From Candidatus Micrarchaeota archaeon (GTDB lineage Archaea > Micrarchaeota > Micrarchaeia > Anstonellales > Bilamarchaeaceae), in the NCBI GenBank assembly GCA_040758235.1, contig JBFLVW010000059.1:81-64080 (forward strand): a stretch of 64,000 bases of DNA. Reading direction: 5' to 3'. The notes under the pieces were generated by a model. That model did no database searches, had not been told where the DNA came from, and saw nothing but the letters and a program-made list of their open reading frames with translations. The position numbers were made by a program, and so were the translations under genes. Each line of letters starts with the position of its first letter. The first letter of the stretch is position 1. This document shows, piece after piece, positions 1-8,921 of the stretch.

Positions 1-231
1 TGCCGGCACCCGAACAATGCGCGTCAAAGCCGCGAGGCTTCGCGCAGGCAATGATTCTTACGTGGTAAGGGCGAGGCGGGCGGCGTCGGGAAGAAAGAAA
101 AACGACAGGCCGGCATCGAAAGAAAAGCGGGCCCGGCCTCACTCAAACATGCCAGCAACAAGGCGGCCCGAACCTTTTACGACGAAGCGCCGCCGGAACG
201 CTTTTTAAGCTTGGCTTCTCATCATCTCCCC

Positions 232-1497
232 ATGGGCCGCATTATCCCCCTTATAGTTCTTGTCATGCTGGCATTCAGCCCCATCGCCTTCGCGCAATGC
301 GTCGGCTACAACGACTCGTTCGACGTCAGGGTGCTGGACGCCAAGCTGAGGGCGGTCCCAGGCGCCGACGTATGGATAAAATACGACAGGGGCCAGAGCT
401 TCGGCGAGCAGTACTTCACGACGCCGCTCAACAAGACCGACGCCGGCGGGAAAATACACTATAACATTTTCAACGGCGGAACCCTTTCGAGAACCATCGA
501 CTGCAAGATAGTCATCAACGCTTCCATAGGCGGCTCAAGCAACCAGACGACGGTCGAGGCGAACAAGCACGGCCCCGTAGTGGACGTCGTCCTTGCGGAC
601 CTGTATCCGCTCAACTTTTATGTAAGGGACCAGCTCAACGCCCCGATACCCAACGCCTCCGTCACGATCGCGAACAAGACCGGAAAGACGGATTCCCAGG
701 GCGCGATAAAATATTATTTCAAGGCCGCGACCTACGAGTATTTCGCGAGCTACCTTGACGCCCAGCAGCCGGGCTCGCTGAAAATCGAGAACGACACGGA
801 TTTCGTGGTGGTTTTCCCGCATTACAAAATCAGCATAGACGTCACGGACGACACCGGGAAGCCCCTGCCGGCCATGCTCACCATTTTCAACCAGACCTTT
901 GAGATGGAGAACGGCCATTTCGAGAACGAGAAGACGTTCGGGGAGGCCGTGCCCTACAAGGTCGACTACGAGGGAATAATCACGGATGAGGTCATCTACC
1001 CGTCCGTAGACCCCATCGTGGAAATACGGTACGACGTCCATTCCCCGACGTTCCAGAAAATAACGCCCGGGGTGCTCAACAACAGGCCGAGGCTCGACAT
1101 AGAAGTCAGCGACCCCGGGCAGTACGCGAGCGGCATCGACGTTTCCAGCATCAGGGTATCCTATCGCGTCGAGCCGGCCGATGTCACGGTTCCCTGGAGC
1201 TCGGCCGTGGTTTTCACTTCCGGAAGGAACAAATTCTCTGCGGATTTCCCCGAATTACCACAAAATACGATTGTGAGCTTCATGGTGGAGATAAAAGACA
1301 GGGCAGGGAACAGGGCCGACGTGGACGGGAGATTCACGACATTCGCAGGATCCCCGCAGAATGACACGCAAAACCAAACGGATACACAACCTCCCCCGCC
1401 TTCCGAACAGGGAATACCACTAATTTACATTATTGGTGGTGTAATCGTATTAGTTTTAGCCGCTTTATTGGTATTTCGTATGAAAGCAAAAGCATGA
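232..1497 (+). CDS. Secreted, C-terminally membrane-anchored cell-surface protein (beta-rich)
   Basis: Signal peptide MGRIIPLIVLVMLAFSPIAFA, beta-strand-rich body, NxT/S sequons, Pro/Gln linker, then C-terminal TM helix and basic tail. ATG at 232 preferred. Confidence 0.75.
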   Translation: MGRIIPLIVLVMLAFSPIAFAQCVGYNDSFDVRVLDAKLRAVPGADVWIKYDRGQSFGEQYFTTPLNKTDAGGKIHYNIFNGGTLSRTIDCKIVINASIGGSSNQTTVEANKHGPVVDVVLADLYPLNFYVRDQLNAPIPNASVTIANKTGKTDSQGAIKYYFKAATYEYFASYLDAQQPGSLKIENDTDFVVVFPHYKISIDVTDDTGKPLPAMLTIFNQTFEMENGHFENEKTFGEAVPYKVDYEGIITDEVIYPSVDPIVEIRYDVHSPTFQKITPGVLNNRPRLDIEVSDPGQYASGIDVSSIRVSYRVEPADVTVPWSSAVVFTSGRNKFSADFPELPQNTIVSFMVEIKDRAGNRADVDGRFTTFAGSPQNDTQNQTDTQPPPPSEQGIPLIYIIGGVIVLVLAALLVFRMKAKA

Positions 1498-1510
1498 GGA
1501 GGGGAGGAGA

Positions 1511-1603
1511 GGACATTATCTTTATAAATTGTGTGTTTTATAAGTATAAACATTGAGTATCATAAACTAACATAATCATCCAAGGGACATAATTGTCCAA
1601 GGT
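1511..1603 (+). promoter_or_regulatory. AT-rich promoter with TATA boxes and a 17-nt direct repeat upstream of the triple-HTH gene
   Basis: TTTATAAA at 1521. ACATAATCATCCAAGGG (1570-1586) followed by ACATAATTGTCCAAGGT (1587-1603). GGTGG SD-like motif before ATG 1612. Confidence 0.55.
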
Positions 1604-1611
1604 GGTAAACC

Positions 1612-2343
1612 ATGCCTCGAGGGAAGAAAATCATTATAGAAACCGAGATTAGCGACGACTACGTAGACAGGTTCCGGTCCATCGATTTGGACGAGATAAA
1701 GAAAGAGCGGGACCGCACCGAAAAGGGACTTTCATCTTCTGTGGCTAGCGTGTTCAAGGTGGCGCAGAACCTCTACCGCCAGAAGGCGAGCGAGGAGGAG
1801 CTCGAGGGCAAGCACGAGCTGTTCTCGGTCCGCTCGGCATACGACTACCTCAAGGGCAACGGCGTGTTCATTTCATTCAGGGCCTTCGGAGGCCGCATCG
1901 AGAGGGGCACGATACCGTTCGTCAAGGTGGGCAGGAAGAGGTACATCCCCAAGAGCGTGCTCGACGACATCACGAACACCAAGACCGAGTTCTTCACTGT
2001 CAAGGAGGCTTACGAGGAGTACAGGAAATCCAACTCCAAGATAAACTTCCGCGCTTTCATAGGCAGGATCGAGAAGGGCTCGATTCCCTCCGTGAAGTTC
2101 GGGACGAGGAGGCTTGTCCCAAAGGATGCCGTCGAGGCCCTGACGCACATCAGCACCAATTACTTCTCGGTCAGCCAGGCAATCAAGGAGCTCCACAAGA
2201 CCGGCATCCGCATCAAGAGGAACGCCTTCGAGAGGCGCCTCGACCGCGGAAGGATACCCCACGTCAAGATAGGCGGCAGGAGGTTCATCCACGAGGACGT
2301 GATGCGCGAGCTTATGGACAAGGAGTCGGCCCTGCGCAAATAA
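1612..2343 (+). CDS. DNA-binding protein with three tandem excisionase/HTH_17 (Xis/BldC-like) domains
   Basis: Three repeats of about 55 aa matching F(S/T)VxxA...AFxxR(I/L)xxGxIPxVKxGx(K/R)Rx(I/V). Confidence 0.8.
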   Translation: MPRGKKIIIETEISDDYVDRFRSIDLDEIKKERDRTEKGLSSSVASVFKVAQNLYRQKASEEELEGKHELFSVRSAYDYLKGNGVFISFRAFGGRIERGTIPFVKVGRKRYIPKSVLDDITNTKTEFFTVKEAYEEYRKSNSKINFRAFIGRIEKGSIPSVKFGTRRLVPKDAVEALTHISTNYFSVSQAIKELHKTGIRIKRNAFERRLDRGRIPHVKIGGRRFIHEDVMRELMDKESALRK

Positions 2344-2367
2344 TTTTTTCAATAATTCTCTTTTTTC
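2344..2367 (+). terminator. Archaeal oligo-T terminator
   Basis: T6 runs (ttttttcaataattctcttttttc) directly after the stop codon. Confidence 0.45.
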
Positions 2368-2377
2368 AGTGATTTCG

Positions 2378-2671
2378 ATGCCCGTCCAGGCGTATCCTTT
2401 TCACGAGCGGGCGACGGTTTTCTGCAAGGCGCTGCTCAACGGACGGAGGCCGCTCGTCGAAGTAGCCATTGCCGGCCTCATGAGGAGGGAAGAGCTCCCC
2501 CCAGAACTCGCCCGCGAATATACGAAGAGGGTGATAAAGGCGGACTGTGAGGACGCCTCCCTGCTTCGCGATAACAGCACGCGCATAGCGTGGACCAGGG
2601 TCCGGGCGCGGTTCGGAAATAATACGCTCGTCTTCGAGCGGAATGAAACCGTTTTCGTATACGACGAGTGA
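2378..2671 (+). CDS. Hypothetical protein
   Basis: ORF fills the gap co-directionally between the HTH gene and polB. No recognisable motif. Confidence 0.55.
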   Translation: MPVQAYPFHERATVFCKALLNGRRPLVEVAIAGLMRREELPPELAREYTKRVIKADCEDASLLRDNSTRIAWTRVRARFGNNTLVFERNETVFVYDE

Positions 2672-2706
2672 TAGGGTTTTTTTATCCTTCTTCAATAAGC
2701 TAATCC

Positions 2707-5160
2707 ATGGCGGGCAGGAGAAGAAAGGCTTATTTCATAGACGCTGGCTACACGGTCAAAAACGGCAAGACCTACGTCTCTCTTCTCCTCAAGGGCAAGA
2801 AGACCGTAAAGAGGTATTTCCAGTACGACCCTTATTTCATCGTGGACGCCCCGCCCGAGCGCAAGGACGAGCTTCTTGCGGTCAGGGGGACGAGAAGGAG
2901 CGGGGAGCAGGTCTCCCCGGTCCGCGCCGAGGAATGCGCCAGGAAAGTCGGCGCCCGCGCCAAAAAAATGGTGAAGCTCTACTGCAGGGAGCCTTCGCAC
3001 GTCCCGGCGATAAGGGAGGCGGTGCCCTACCCGGCATACGAGGCCAACATCCCCTTCGCGAGGCGCTTCATATTCGATTTCCAGCTGACGCCCCAGAGCA
3101 TCATCCATTACGAATGCGTTGGAAAGGAGATGACGCGCATTCTCTCGATAGAGCACGGCGAGCCGAAGCTGAGGGCGATGAGCTTCGACATAGAGACGTA
3201 CAACCCGCAGGGAATCCCCCGCGAGGACAAGGACCCGATAATCATGATATCCTACGCCTGCGGGGGCAAGGGCGTCCTCACGACGAAACCATCCCGGCGG
3301 CCTTTCGTCCAGACGCTTCCTGGGGAGAAGGAGATGCTCGCCCGCTTCGGGGAGATAGTGAAGGCCGAGGACCCGGACGTTCTGGTGGGCTACAACTCGG
3401 CGCAGTTCGACCTCCCCTACATAAAGGCCCGCAACGAGCGCGCGAGGTCCGGCCTGCGCCTGGGGCGGTTCGGCGGGAAGATAACGCCCATGAAGAAAGG
3501 CCTCATCAACGGCGTGCGCGTCGCCGGGCGGGTGCACATGGACTTGTACCCCATCGTGAAGTTTTTCGGCTTCATAGGAATCATAAAGACCCAGAAGTTC
3601 ACCCTCGACGCCGTGTCCGAGGACGTCCTCGGGAGCAAGAAGGTCAAGATAAAGAAGGAGGAGATATGGCAGATGTGGGACAGCGGGGACATAGAGCGCC
3701 TCTGCGAATATTCCCTCGTAGATGCAGAGCTCGCCCTGGCCCTTGGCGAGCGGTTCCTCCCCCTGGAGATGGAGCTCTCGTCGGTCGCGAAGATGCCCCT
3801 GTTCGAGACGACGCTCTCGACGAGCGGCCAGCTGGTCGAGAACCTGCTGATGTACCACGCCTCCGCGCGCGGGGAGCTGATACCATCGAAGCCGGGCGGC
3901 GACACGGTAATGGAGAGGGAAAGCGCGCCCATACAGGGCGCTTTCGTCAAGCTTCCGGAGCCAGGGATTTACGAGAACGTCGCAGTCATGGACTTCAGGG
4001 GGCTGTATCCCTCGATAATAGTGTCTTACAACATCGACCCCGGAACGCTGATGGAAGATGAGGGCGGCAGGAAACCGGAGGCGGAAAGGGGCGGAACGGG
4101 AACCGGAGGCGGGGGGCGGGATGCGGGGGGCGGGATGCCGGATGCATTCGTTTCCCCGACCGGCGCGCGCTTCGCGAAGGGCCGGACGGGGCTCATCCCG
4201 TTCGTTCTGGACTACCTCATAGACATGAGGATGAAGATAAAGGGCGAGCTCAAGAATCTTGACAAGTCGGGCGACGCATATGTGAGGATGAGCGCTCGCT
4301 CGCATGCGCTCAAGATTCTCGCGAACTCTTTCTACGGATACATGGGCTACGCCCGCTCGCGGTGGTATTCGAGGCCGTGCGCCGAGAGCGTGACCGCATG
4401 GGGGAGGAAGCATATCCTCGAAACGATAGAAAAAGCCGAGAATGCCGGGTTCCAGGTCCTCTACGGCGACACCGACTCGATTTTCCTGATATACAAGGAC
4501 AGGAAGGACGTGCTGGATTTCCTGTCGAAAGTGAACGCCGCGCTGCCGGAAAAGATGGAGCTCGAGCTGGAGGGATTCTACCCCCGCGGCGTGTTCGTCA
4601 GCAAGAAGGGAGGGGCCGAGCGCGGGGCGAAGAAGAAATACGCGCTCCTCGGCGAAGACGGGAGGATAAAGATACGGGGGTTCGAGCTTGTCCGCAGGGA
4701 CTGGTCCGCGATAGCGAAGGAGACCCAGCTTCGCGTCCTCGAGGCGATACTGAAGGAGGGGAGCAAGGAGAAGGCGGTCAGGATAATTAGGGAGACCATA
4801 GAGCAGCTTCAGCAGGGGAAGGTGCCGCTCGAGAAGCTCGCGATAAGCACCCAGCTCAACAAGAGCCCGGACAACTACGAGGTGACGAGCCCGGAGCTTG
4901 CGGCCGCGAAGAAAATGCGCGAGGCGGGGATGGAGGCCGGGAGAGGCACGATGATTTCATATGTCATTTCCAAGGGGAAGGGCGGCAACAAGGTCTCCGA
5001 GCGGGCGATGCCGATAGAGCTCGCGAAGGACTATGACGCCGATTATTACATAAACAACCAGGTCCTGCCTTCCGTCATGAAGATAATGAAGGAGCTGGGA
5101 TACGACGAATACAGCATGAAGTTCGGGGGCAAGCAGAAGAGCCTGGAGCAGTTCTTTTAG
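2707..5160 (+). CDS. polB: Family B DNA polymerase (archaeal PolB3-like)
   Basis: Exonuclease motifs DIETY and YNSAQFDLPY. Polymerase motifs DFRGLYPSII, KILANSFYGY and YGDTDS. C-terminal PIP box QKSLEQFF. Confidence 0.97.
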   Translation: MAGRRRKAYFIDAGYTVKNGKTYVSLLLKGKKTVKRYFQYDPYFIVDAPPERKDELLAVRGTRRSGEQVSPVRAEECARKVGARAKKMVKLYCREPSHVPAIREAVPYPAYEANIPFARRFIFDFQLTPQSIIHYECVGKEMTRILSIEHGEPKLRAMSFDIETYNPQGIPREDKDPIIMISYACGGKGVLTTKPSRRPFVQTLPGEKEMLARFGEIVKAEDPDVLVGYNSAQFDLPYIKARNERARSGLRLGRFGGKITPMKKGLINGVRVAGRVHMDLYPIVKFFGFIGIIKTQKFTLDAVSEDVLGSKKVKIKKEEIWQMWDSGDIERLCEYSLVDAELALALGERFLPLEMELSSVAKMPLFETTLSTSGQLVENLLMYHASARGELIPSKPGGDTVMERESAPIQGAFVKLPEPGIYENVAVMDFRGLYPSIIVSYNIDPGTLMEDEGGRKPEAERGGTGTGGGGRDAGGGMPDAFVSPTGARFAKGRTGLIPFVLDYLIDMRMKIKGELKNLDKSGDAYVRMSARSHALKILANSFYGYMGYARSRWYSRPCAESVTAWGRKHILETIEKAENAGFQVLYGDTDSIFLIYKDRKDVLDFLSKVNAALPEKMELELEGFYPRGVFVSKKGGAERGAKKKYALLGEDGRIKIRGFELVRRDWSAIAKETQLRVLEAILKEGSKEKAVRIIRETIEQLQQGKVPLEKLAISTQLNKSPDNYEVTSPELAAAKKMREAGMEAGRGTMISYVISKGKGGNKVSERAMPIELAKDYDADYYINNQVLPSVMKIMKELGYDEYSMKFGGKQKSLEQFF
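4070..4146 (+). repeat. Degenerate 7-nt tandem repeat (11 units) in frame within polB
   Basis: ggaaacc ggaggcg gaaaggg gcggaac gggaacc ggaggcg gggggcg ggatgcg gggggcg ggatgcc ggatgca, encoding a Gly-rich insert. Confidence 0.75.
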
Positions 5161-5219
5161 GCTTCTCTTTTGTATTCCCAGAACCAAAACATAAAAAATC
5201 CTCTTGCCGATACTTACCC

Positions 5220-5597
5220 ATGACCGGCAGCACCATGAAGAAGAGGGAGAACATCACTCAGATAATCAATCAGATTCTCGAGCAGGCGACGCGCACCAGG
5301 CAGGGATTCACGCCGGATGTGCTGAGGCAGTTCGAGGACGAGGCCCAGCGCGCGCGGGAAGAGCGGCAGAGGAACCAGGTGCGCGAGGCGACGCCGGTCC
5401 GGCAAGAGAGGAGGGAGGAACGCAGGGAAGCCGCGGTCATACCCCTCCGGACCATAAGCCCCGAGATGAGGCAGAGGGGCATCGAGAACGCGGTTGACCT
5501 CGGAGAAAGGATAGAGATGGCCTCCGCGGAGGCGAGCGACGCCGCCGCGCTCAGGAAGCTCAACTTCAGGAGGGACTGGGGCAGGGAGGCTGCCTGA
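5220..5597 (+). CDS. Hypothetical Arg/Glu-rich helical protein
   Basis: ORF co-oriented with the downstream genes, charged and helical in character. Confidence 0.65.
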   Translation: MTGSTMKKRENITQIINQILEQATRTRQGFTPDVLRQFEDEAQRAREERQRNQVREATPVRQERREERREAAVIPLRTISPEMRQRGIENAVDLGERIEMASAEASDAAALRKLNFRRDWGREAA

Positions 5598-5606
5598 GGG
5601 GATTGC

Positions 5607-5951
5607 ATGGTGTTCGAAGACTGGATTGACGATGAAAGCAAGCTGCGCATTGTGAACATCTGGAGAAGGATGAACGAATCCGACAAGGCCCATTTCATCA
5701 ACCAGGTGGCGCTCGCCCTCAGCGTGTGGGGCAGCGACGTCCGGGGGAAGCACATGGTCGTCGAGGTCCTCCGGAGGATGACGAACAACGGGACGAGCAC
5801 GCTCGCGGATTTCGGGCTTTACGTGGAAAAGATAATCGGGGGCGAGCAGGCCTCGGGCATGGAGGACAAGGTCAGACGCGCGGCGATGATAATAGAGGGC
5901 TACAGGATAAAGAACGCGCTCCCCTCCGAGCCCCACAAGGAACTGTTCTGA
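5607..5951 (+). CDS. Hypothetical protein
   Basis: GAGGGG SD-like motif upstream, and the stop abuts the pus10 ATG. Confidence 0.75.
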   Translation: MVFEDWIDDESKLRIVNIWRRMNESDKAHFINQVALALSVWGSDVRGKHMVVEVLRRMTNNGTSTLADFGLYVEKIIGGEQASGMEDKVRRAAMIIEGYRIKNALPSEPHKELF

Positions 5952-7064
5952 ATGATTCTCTGCAGGGAGTGCAATTTCGCGAACGGCTCAGCCTTTCCCG
6001 AAGGGGAATGCTGGATTTGCGGCGGCGGGGCGCTCAGGGAAGATGGGATGCTCAGGGAGGCCGCCGCGCTCCTCAAGGCGGCCGGGGCGGGGAGCTTTTC
6101 CATATCCACCATCATCCCCAAGGACTGGCTGGCACGCGAGGAGAAGGCGTGGGACGTGAGGTCCGCCGGGGCGGAGAGCGTCAAGAACTACATGAACAGG
6201 AAGGCCGTTTCGGCGCTCAGGGAGGCGAGCGGCCTGAGATATGATTATGACGGGGACGTGAGGCTGGTCCTCGACTTCCAGGCAGGGAAAGTTTCCATCC
6301 AGAGGAACGAGCTGTTCGTTTTCGGGAGGTACAGGAAGCTCGCGGCCGGGCTTTCCCAGAGCAGGTGGAAGTGCCCGAAATGCGGGGGAAAGGGCTGCGC
6401 GCGTTGCGAGGGGAAGGGCAAGCTCTACGTTTCCGTGGAGGAAAAGATAGGCGAGCCGCTGAAATCCGCATGCGCCGCCGAGGACTATGTCATGCACGCA
6501 TCCGGAAGGGAGGATGTGGACGCGACGAACAGCGCCGGGAGGCCGTTCGTCTTCGAGATAAAGAGTCCGGAAAAGAGGGTAATCGACCTCGCAGCCGCCG
6601 CGGCCGAAATCGCGAAAAGCGGGGAAGTGGCCGTCCTGGACCTGCGAATCGTCCCGAGAAGCTTCTGCGAAGTGGTGACGGAATCGCATTTCGACAAGGC
6701 TTACGAGGCTGAAGTCGAGTTCGGCAGGACGCTCGGCGAAGACGATTTGGAAAAAATACGCTCGCTCGAGGGAAAAACCATCCTCCAGCAAACTCCCGCC
6801 CGCGTGGCGCACAGGAGGGCTGACCTCGTGCGCCACAGGAAAGTGAAGCACGTGGAAGTGGCCAACATCCGGGAGGCCGGAGGCAGGTGGCTTGCGACGC
6901 TGATAATAAGGGCCGAGGCGGGGACGTACATCAAGGAGCTGATTTCGGGCGATAGGGGGAGGACGAAGCCGAGCGTCGCCGAGCTCCTTGGAACGGGCGC
7001 GGAGTGCAAAAGGCTGGAAGTGACGATGATAGACGACGGCTTCCTGGACTTTTGCATGGGCTGA
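5952..7064 (+). CDS. pus10: tRNA pseudouridine(54/55) synthase Pus10
   Basis: N-terminal Cys pairs, GRYRKL, catalytic HASGREDVDA, QQTPARVAHRRA, GTYIKELISGDRGRTKPS. Confidence 0.95.
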   Translation: MILCRECNFANGSAFPEGECWICGGGALREDGMLREAAALLKAAGAGSFSISTIIPKDWLAREEKAWDVRSAGAESVKNYMNRKAVSALREASGLRYDYDGDVRLVLDFQAGKVSIQRNELFVFGRYRKLAAGLSQSRWKCPKCGGKGCARCEGKGKLYVSVEEKIGEPLKSACAAEDYVMHASGREDVDATNSAGRPFVFEIKSPEKRVIDLAAAAAEIAKSGEVAVLDLRIVPRSFCEVVTESHFDKAYEAEVEFGRTLGEDDLEKIRSLEGKTILQQTPARVAHRRADLVRHRKVKHVEVANIREAGGRWLATLIIRAEAGTYIKELISGDRGRTKPSVAELLGTGAECKRLEVTMIDDGFLDFCMG

Positions 7065-7066
7065 TT

Positions 7067-7738
7067 TCAGAACCGCACTCCGTATCTGTTCATGTACTCC
7101 CGGTATTTCTCGTAGGTCTTCTCGCTTACGTAGGTCTTTCCGTCCAGAGGCCTTCCCTTAAGATGGGTGAAGACGTCATGTATTGTCGTTATGGCCCGGA
7201 CGGGGACGCCGGACTGCTCGCTGAACTCGTCGATTGCGCTTTTCTTCTTTCCGACTTCCATCCTGTCCACTGCTATCACTATCCCGGCGACATGCGCCTT
7301 GAGCGTTTTTTCCAGCTTCTCGATGGCCTCGAACTTGGTCCCGCCGGTCGTCATGACGTCGTCCAGGATTATCACGCGCTCCCCGTGGTCGACGTTCTGC
7401 CCCCCGACGAAGACCGTGTTCGCGTCCGCCCCGTGGATTTTCATCTCCTTCCTGTCGAAGAGCCATTTCTTGTCGGTCCCCGAGGCGTTCAGGGCGAGGA
7501 CGGCGCTCAGGGCGAGGGGGATGGCCTTGTAGGCGGGGCCGAAAACGACCTCGTAATTGCTCCCGAAGGACTCGGTCATCTTCGAGGCGTAGAACCTGCC
7601 CAGCTCCCATGTGGCGGAGCCTCCCGTAATCGCGCCGAGGTCGATGAAGTAGGGGGAGACCCTTCCGCTCTTGAGCGTGAACTCGCCGAACTTTATCGCT
7701 CCCTTCCTGGCCAGGAATTCGATGAATGAAGTGTTCAT
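7067..7738 (-). CDS. pyrE: Orotate phosphoribosyltransferase
   Basis: FGEFTLKSGRVSPYF, FGPAYKAIPL, DRKEMKIHG and PRPP motif ILDDVMTTGGT. Start at ATG 7738. Confidence 0.95.
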   Translation of the reverse strand: MNTSFIEFLARKGAIKFGEFTLKSGRVSPYFIDLGAITGGSATWELGRFYASKMTESFGSNYEVVFGPAYKAIPLALSAVLALNASGTDKKWLFDRKEMKIHGADANTVFVGGQNVDHGERVIILDDVMTTGGTKFEAIEKLEKTLKAHVAGIVIAVDRMEVGKKKSAIDEFSEQSGVPVRAITTIHDVFTHLKGRPLDGKTYVSEKTYEKYREYMNRYGVRF

Positions 7739-7781
7739 GCTGTGCGATTCCCGGTTAAGGATTAAAATAAGTCCGAATCGC

Positions 7782-8663
7782 TCAGTTCTCTGCAGGGCCC
7801 CGCTCCCGCCTCCATGGACCGTAGAAGGACGCGACGTTCTCGGCATACATCCGGATGTCGGCCCACATGGGTTCGCTAATCGAAGGCGGCCTCTCGTCTG
7901 GAAGCCCTCCCCTCCTGAGAAGGATGTGCATCGCGAGCAGGGGGTCGTCGTTCGCCATCACAAGCTCCCGGAAGGCCCCCTCGCCATAGGCGCGGTCGAT
8001 CGCCGTCCCGAGCGCAGCGTAGTTGCCTGTCGCGAACGCGTCGAGCAGAGTCCTTTCCCCGATGACGCTCGCCATCAGCTCGAGCGTGGCGGCGGGGAGT
8101 CGGTATGTAGTGCGGTGGTCGGGCGACATCCTGGAGCAGACGAAATCCGACAGCCCCTCCTCTAGCCAGCGGGCGGTCACGGGAGCCGTCCTCCCGTCAG
8201 GCATTTCCGCCATGAGATGCGGCGCCCCGCCGTTGCGGGCGAGGTATGAGAGGTAATGCGAAAGCTCGTGCCGGACTATGCTGTCCAGCCTCTGCGGGTC
8301 TGAAGAGAGGCTTTCCCTGACGAATACGGCATTGGAGCCGCGGTGGAAGAAGCCCATCGCGGAGGCGTCCCCCCCGAGGCGGCCGGCTATCTCGTCGAAG
8401 ACGGAATCCGGAAGCGCGACCGCTATCGGGGGATGGCGCCTGAGTATGTCGCCGGCAGGTGCTCCGAGCACGGTTGAGAAGTCGGATATGTGCCTCGATA
8501 TGTCCATGAGCCTTATCGTGCCCGGCTCGCGGATGCCGAACTCGCGCTCCAGATATGCGATGACGCCGGGCGGTCCCGTCATGAAATTCGAGATGGATGG
8601 GGGGCCGGAGAACTGGCCGCTCCTGAATGAGTCCGCCCTCTCGTCCAGCACCCGCTCGGCCAT
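7782..8663 (-). CDS. Putative zinc metallopeptidase (gluzincin-like), lysine-free
   Basis: HELSH (HExxH) plus downstream WLEEGLS third-ligand motif. Confidence 0.7.
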   Translation of the reverse strand: MAERVLDERADSFRSGQFSGPPSISNFMTGPPGVIAYLEREFGIREPGTIRLMDISRHISDFSTVLGAPAGDILRRHPPIAVALPDSVFDEIAGRLGGDASAMGFFHRGSNAVFVRESLSSDPQRLDSIVRHELSHYLSYLARNGGAPHLMAEMPDGRTAPVTARWLEEGLSDFVCSRMSPDHRTTYRLPAATLELMASVIGERTLLDAFATGNYAALGTAIDRAYGEGAFRELVMANDDPLLAMHILLRRGGLPDERPPSISEPMWADIRMYAENVASFYGPWRRERGPAEN

Positions 8664-8667
8664 GCGA

Positions 8668-8916
8668 TCAGTCCAGCATCACGGATTTTTTCGTCTTCCT
8701 TTTTATCGCCAGCTCGGCGATTTCCTTCCGGCGCATCCTGAGAAGCTCATATATTTCGGGGGAGGATTTCCTGAGGCCTTCGAAATAATCCTTTGCTTCC
8801 GAAATCGAGGAGTCCAGCCTGAAGGAGTTCGCGTCCGCCACGGATTTTTTCAGCTCCGCCGTCCTTGCGAGCGCCTTCCGATAGATGCCGGCATCTTCCT
8901 CAGCCACGAAAGCCAC
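8668..8916 (-). CDS. Small hypothetical protein
   Basis: Tightly packed in the minus-strand run between GGGP synthase and the peptidase. Confidence 0.6.
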   Translation of the reverse strand: MAFVAEEDAGIYRKALARTAELKKSVADANSFRLDSSISEAKDYFEGLRKSSPEIYELLRMRRKEIAELAIKRKTKKSVMLD

Positions 8917-8921
8917 CCCTG

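Noticed and set aside
1..208. 63-aa basic ORF at the window start
   Set aside because: No motif and the context is truncated; cannot be supported.
4050..4150. Possible intein in PolB
   Set aside because: The insert is only about 25-30 aa with no Cys/Ser start or His-Asn end; it is explained by the heptamer repeat.
2643..4413. Long alternative-frame and antisense ORFs over polB (472 and 573 aa), and similar ones over gatE, the beta-CASP gene and pyrK
   Set aside because: They overlap well-supported genes and have the low-information Arg/Gly/Pro-rich composition of shadow frames.
1612..5160. Provirus or casposon suggested by a Xis-like gene next to PolB
   Set aside because: PolB is the cellular type with a PIP box. 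No integrase, Cas1, capsid gene or att/TIR sequences were seen.
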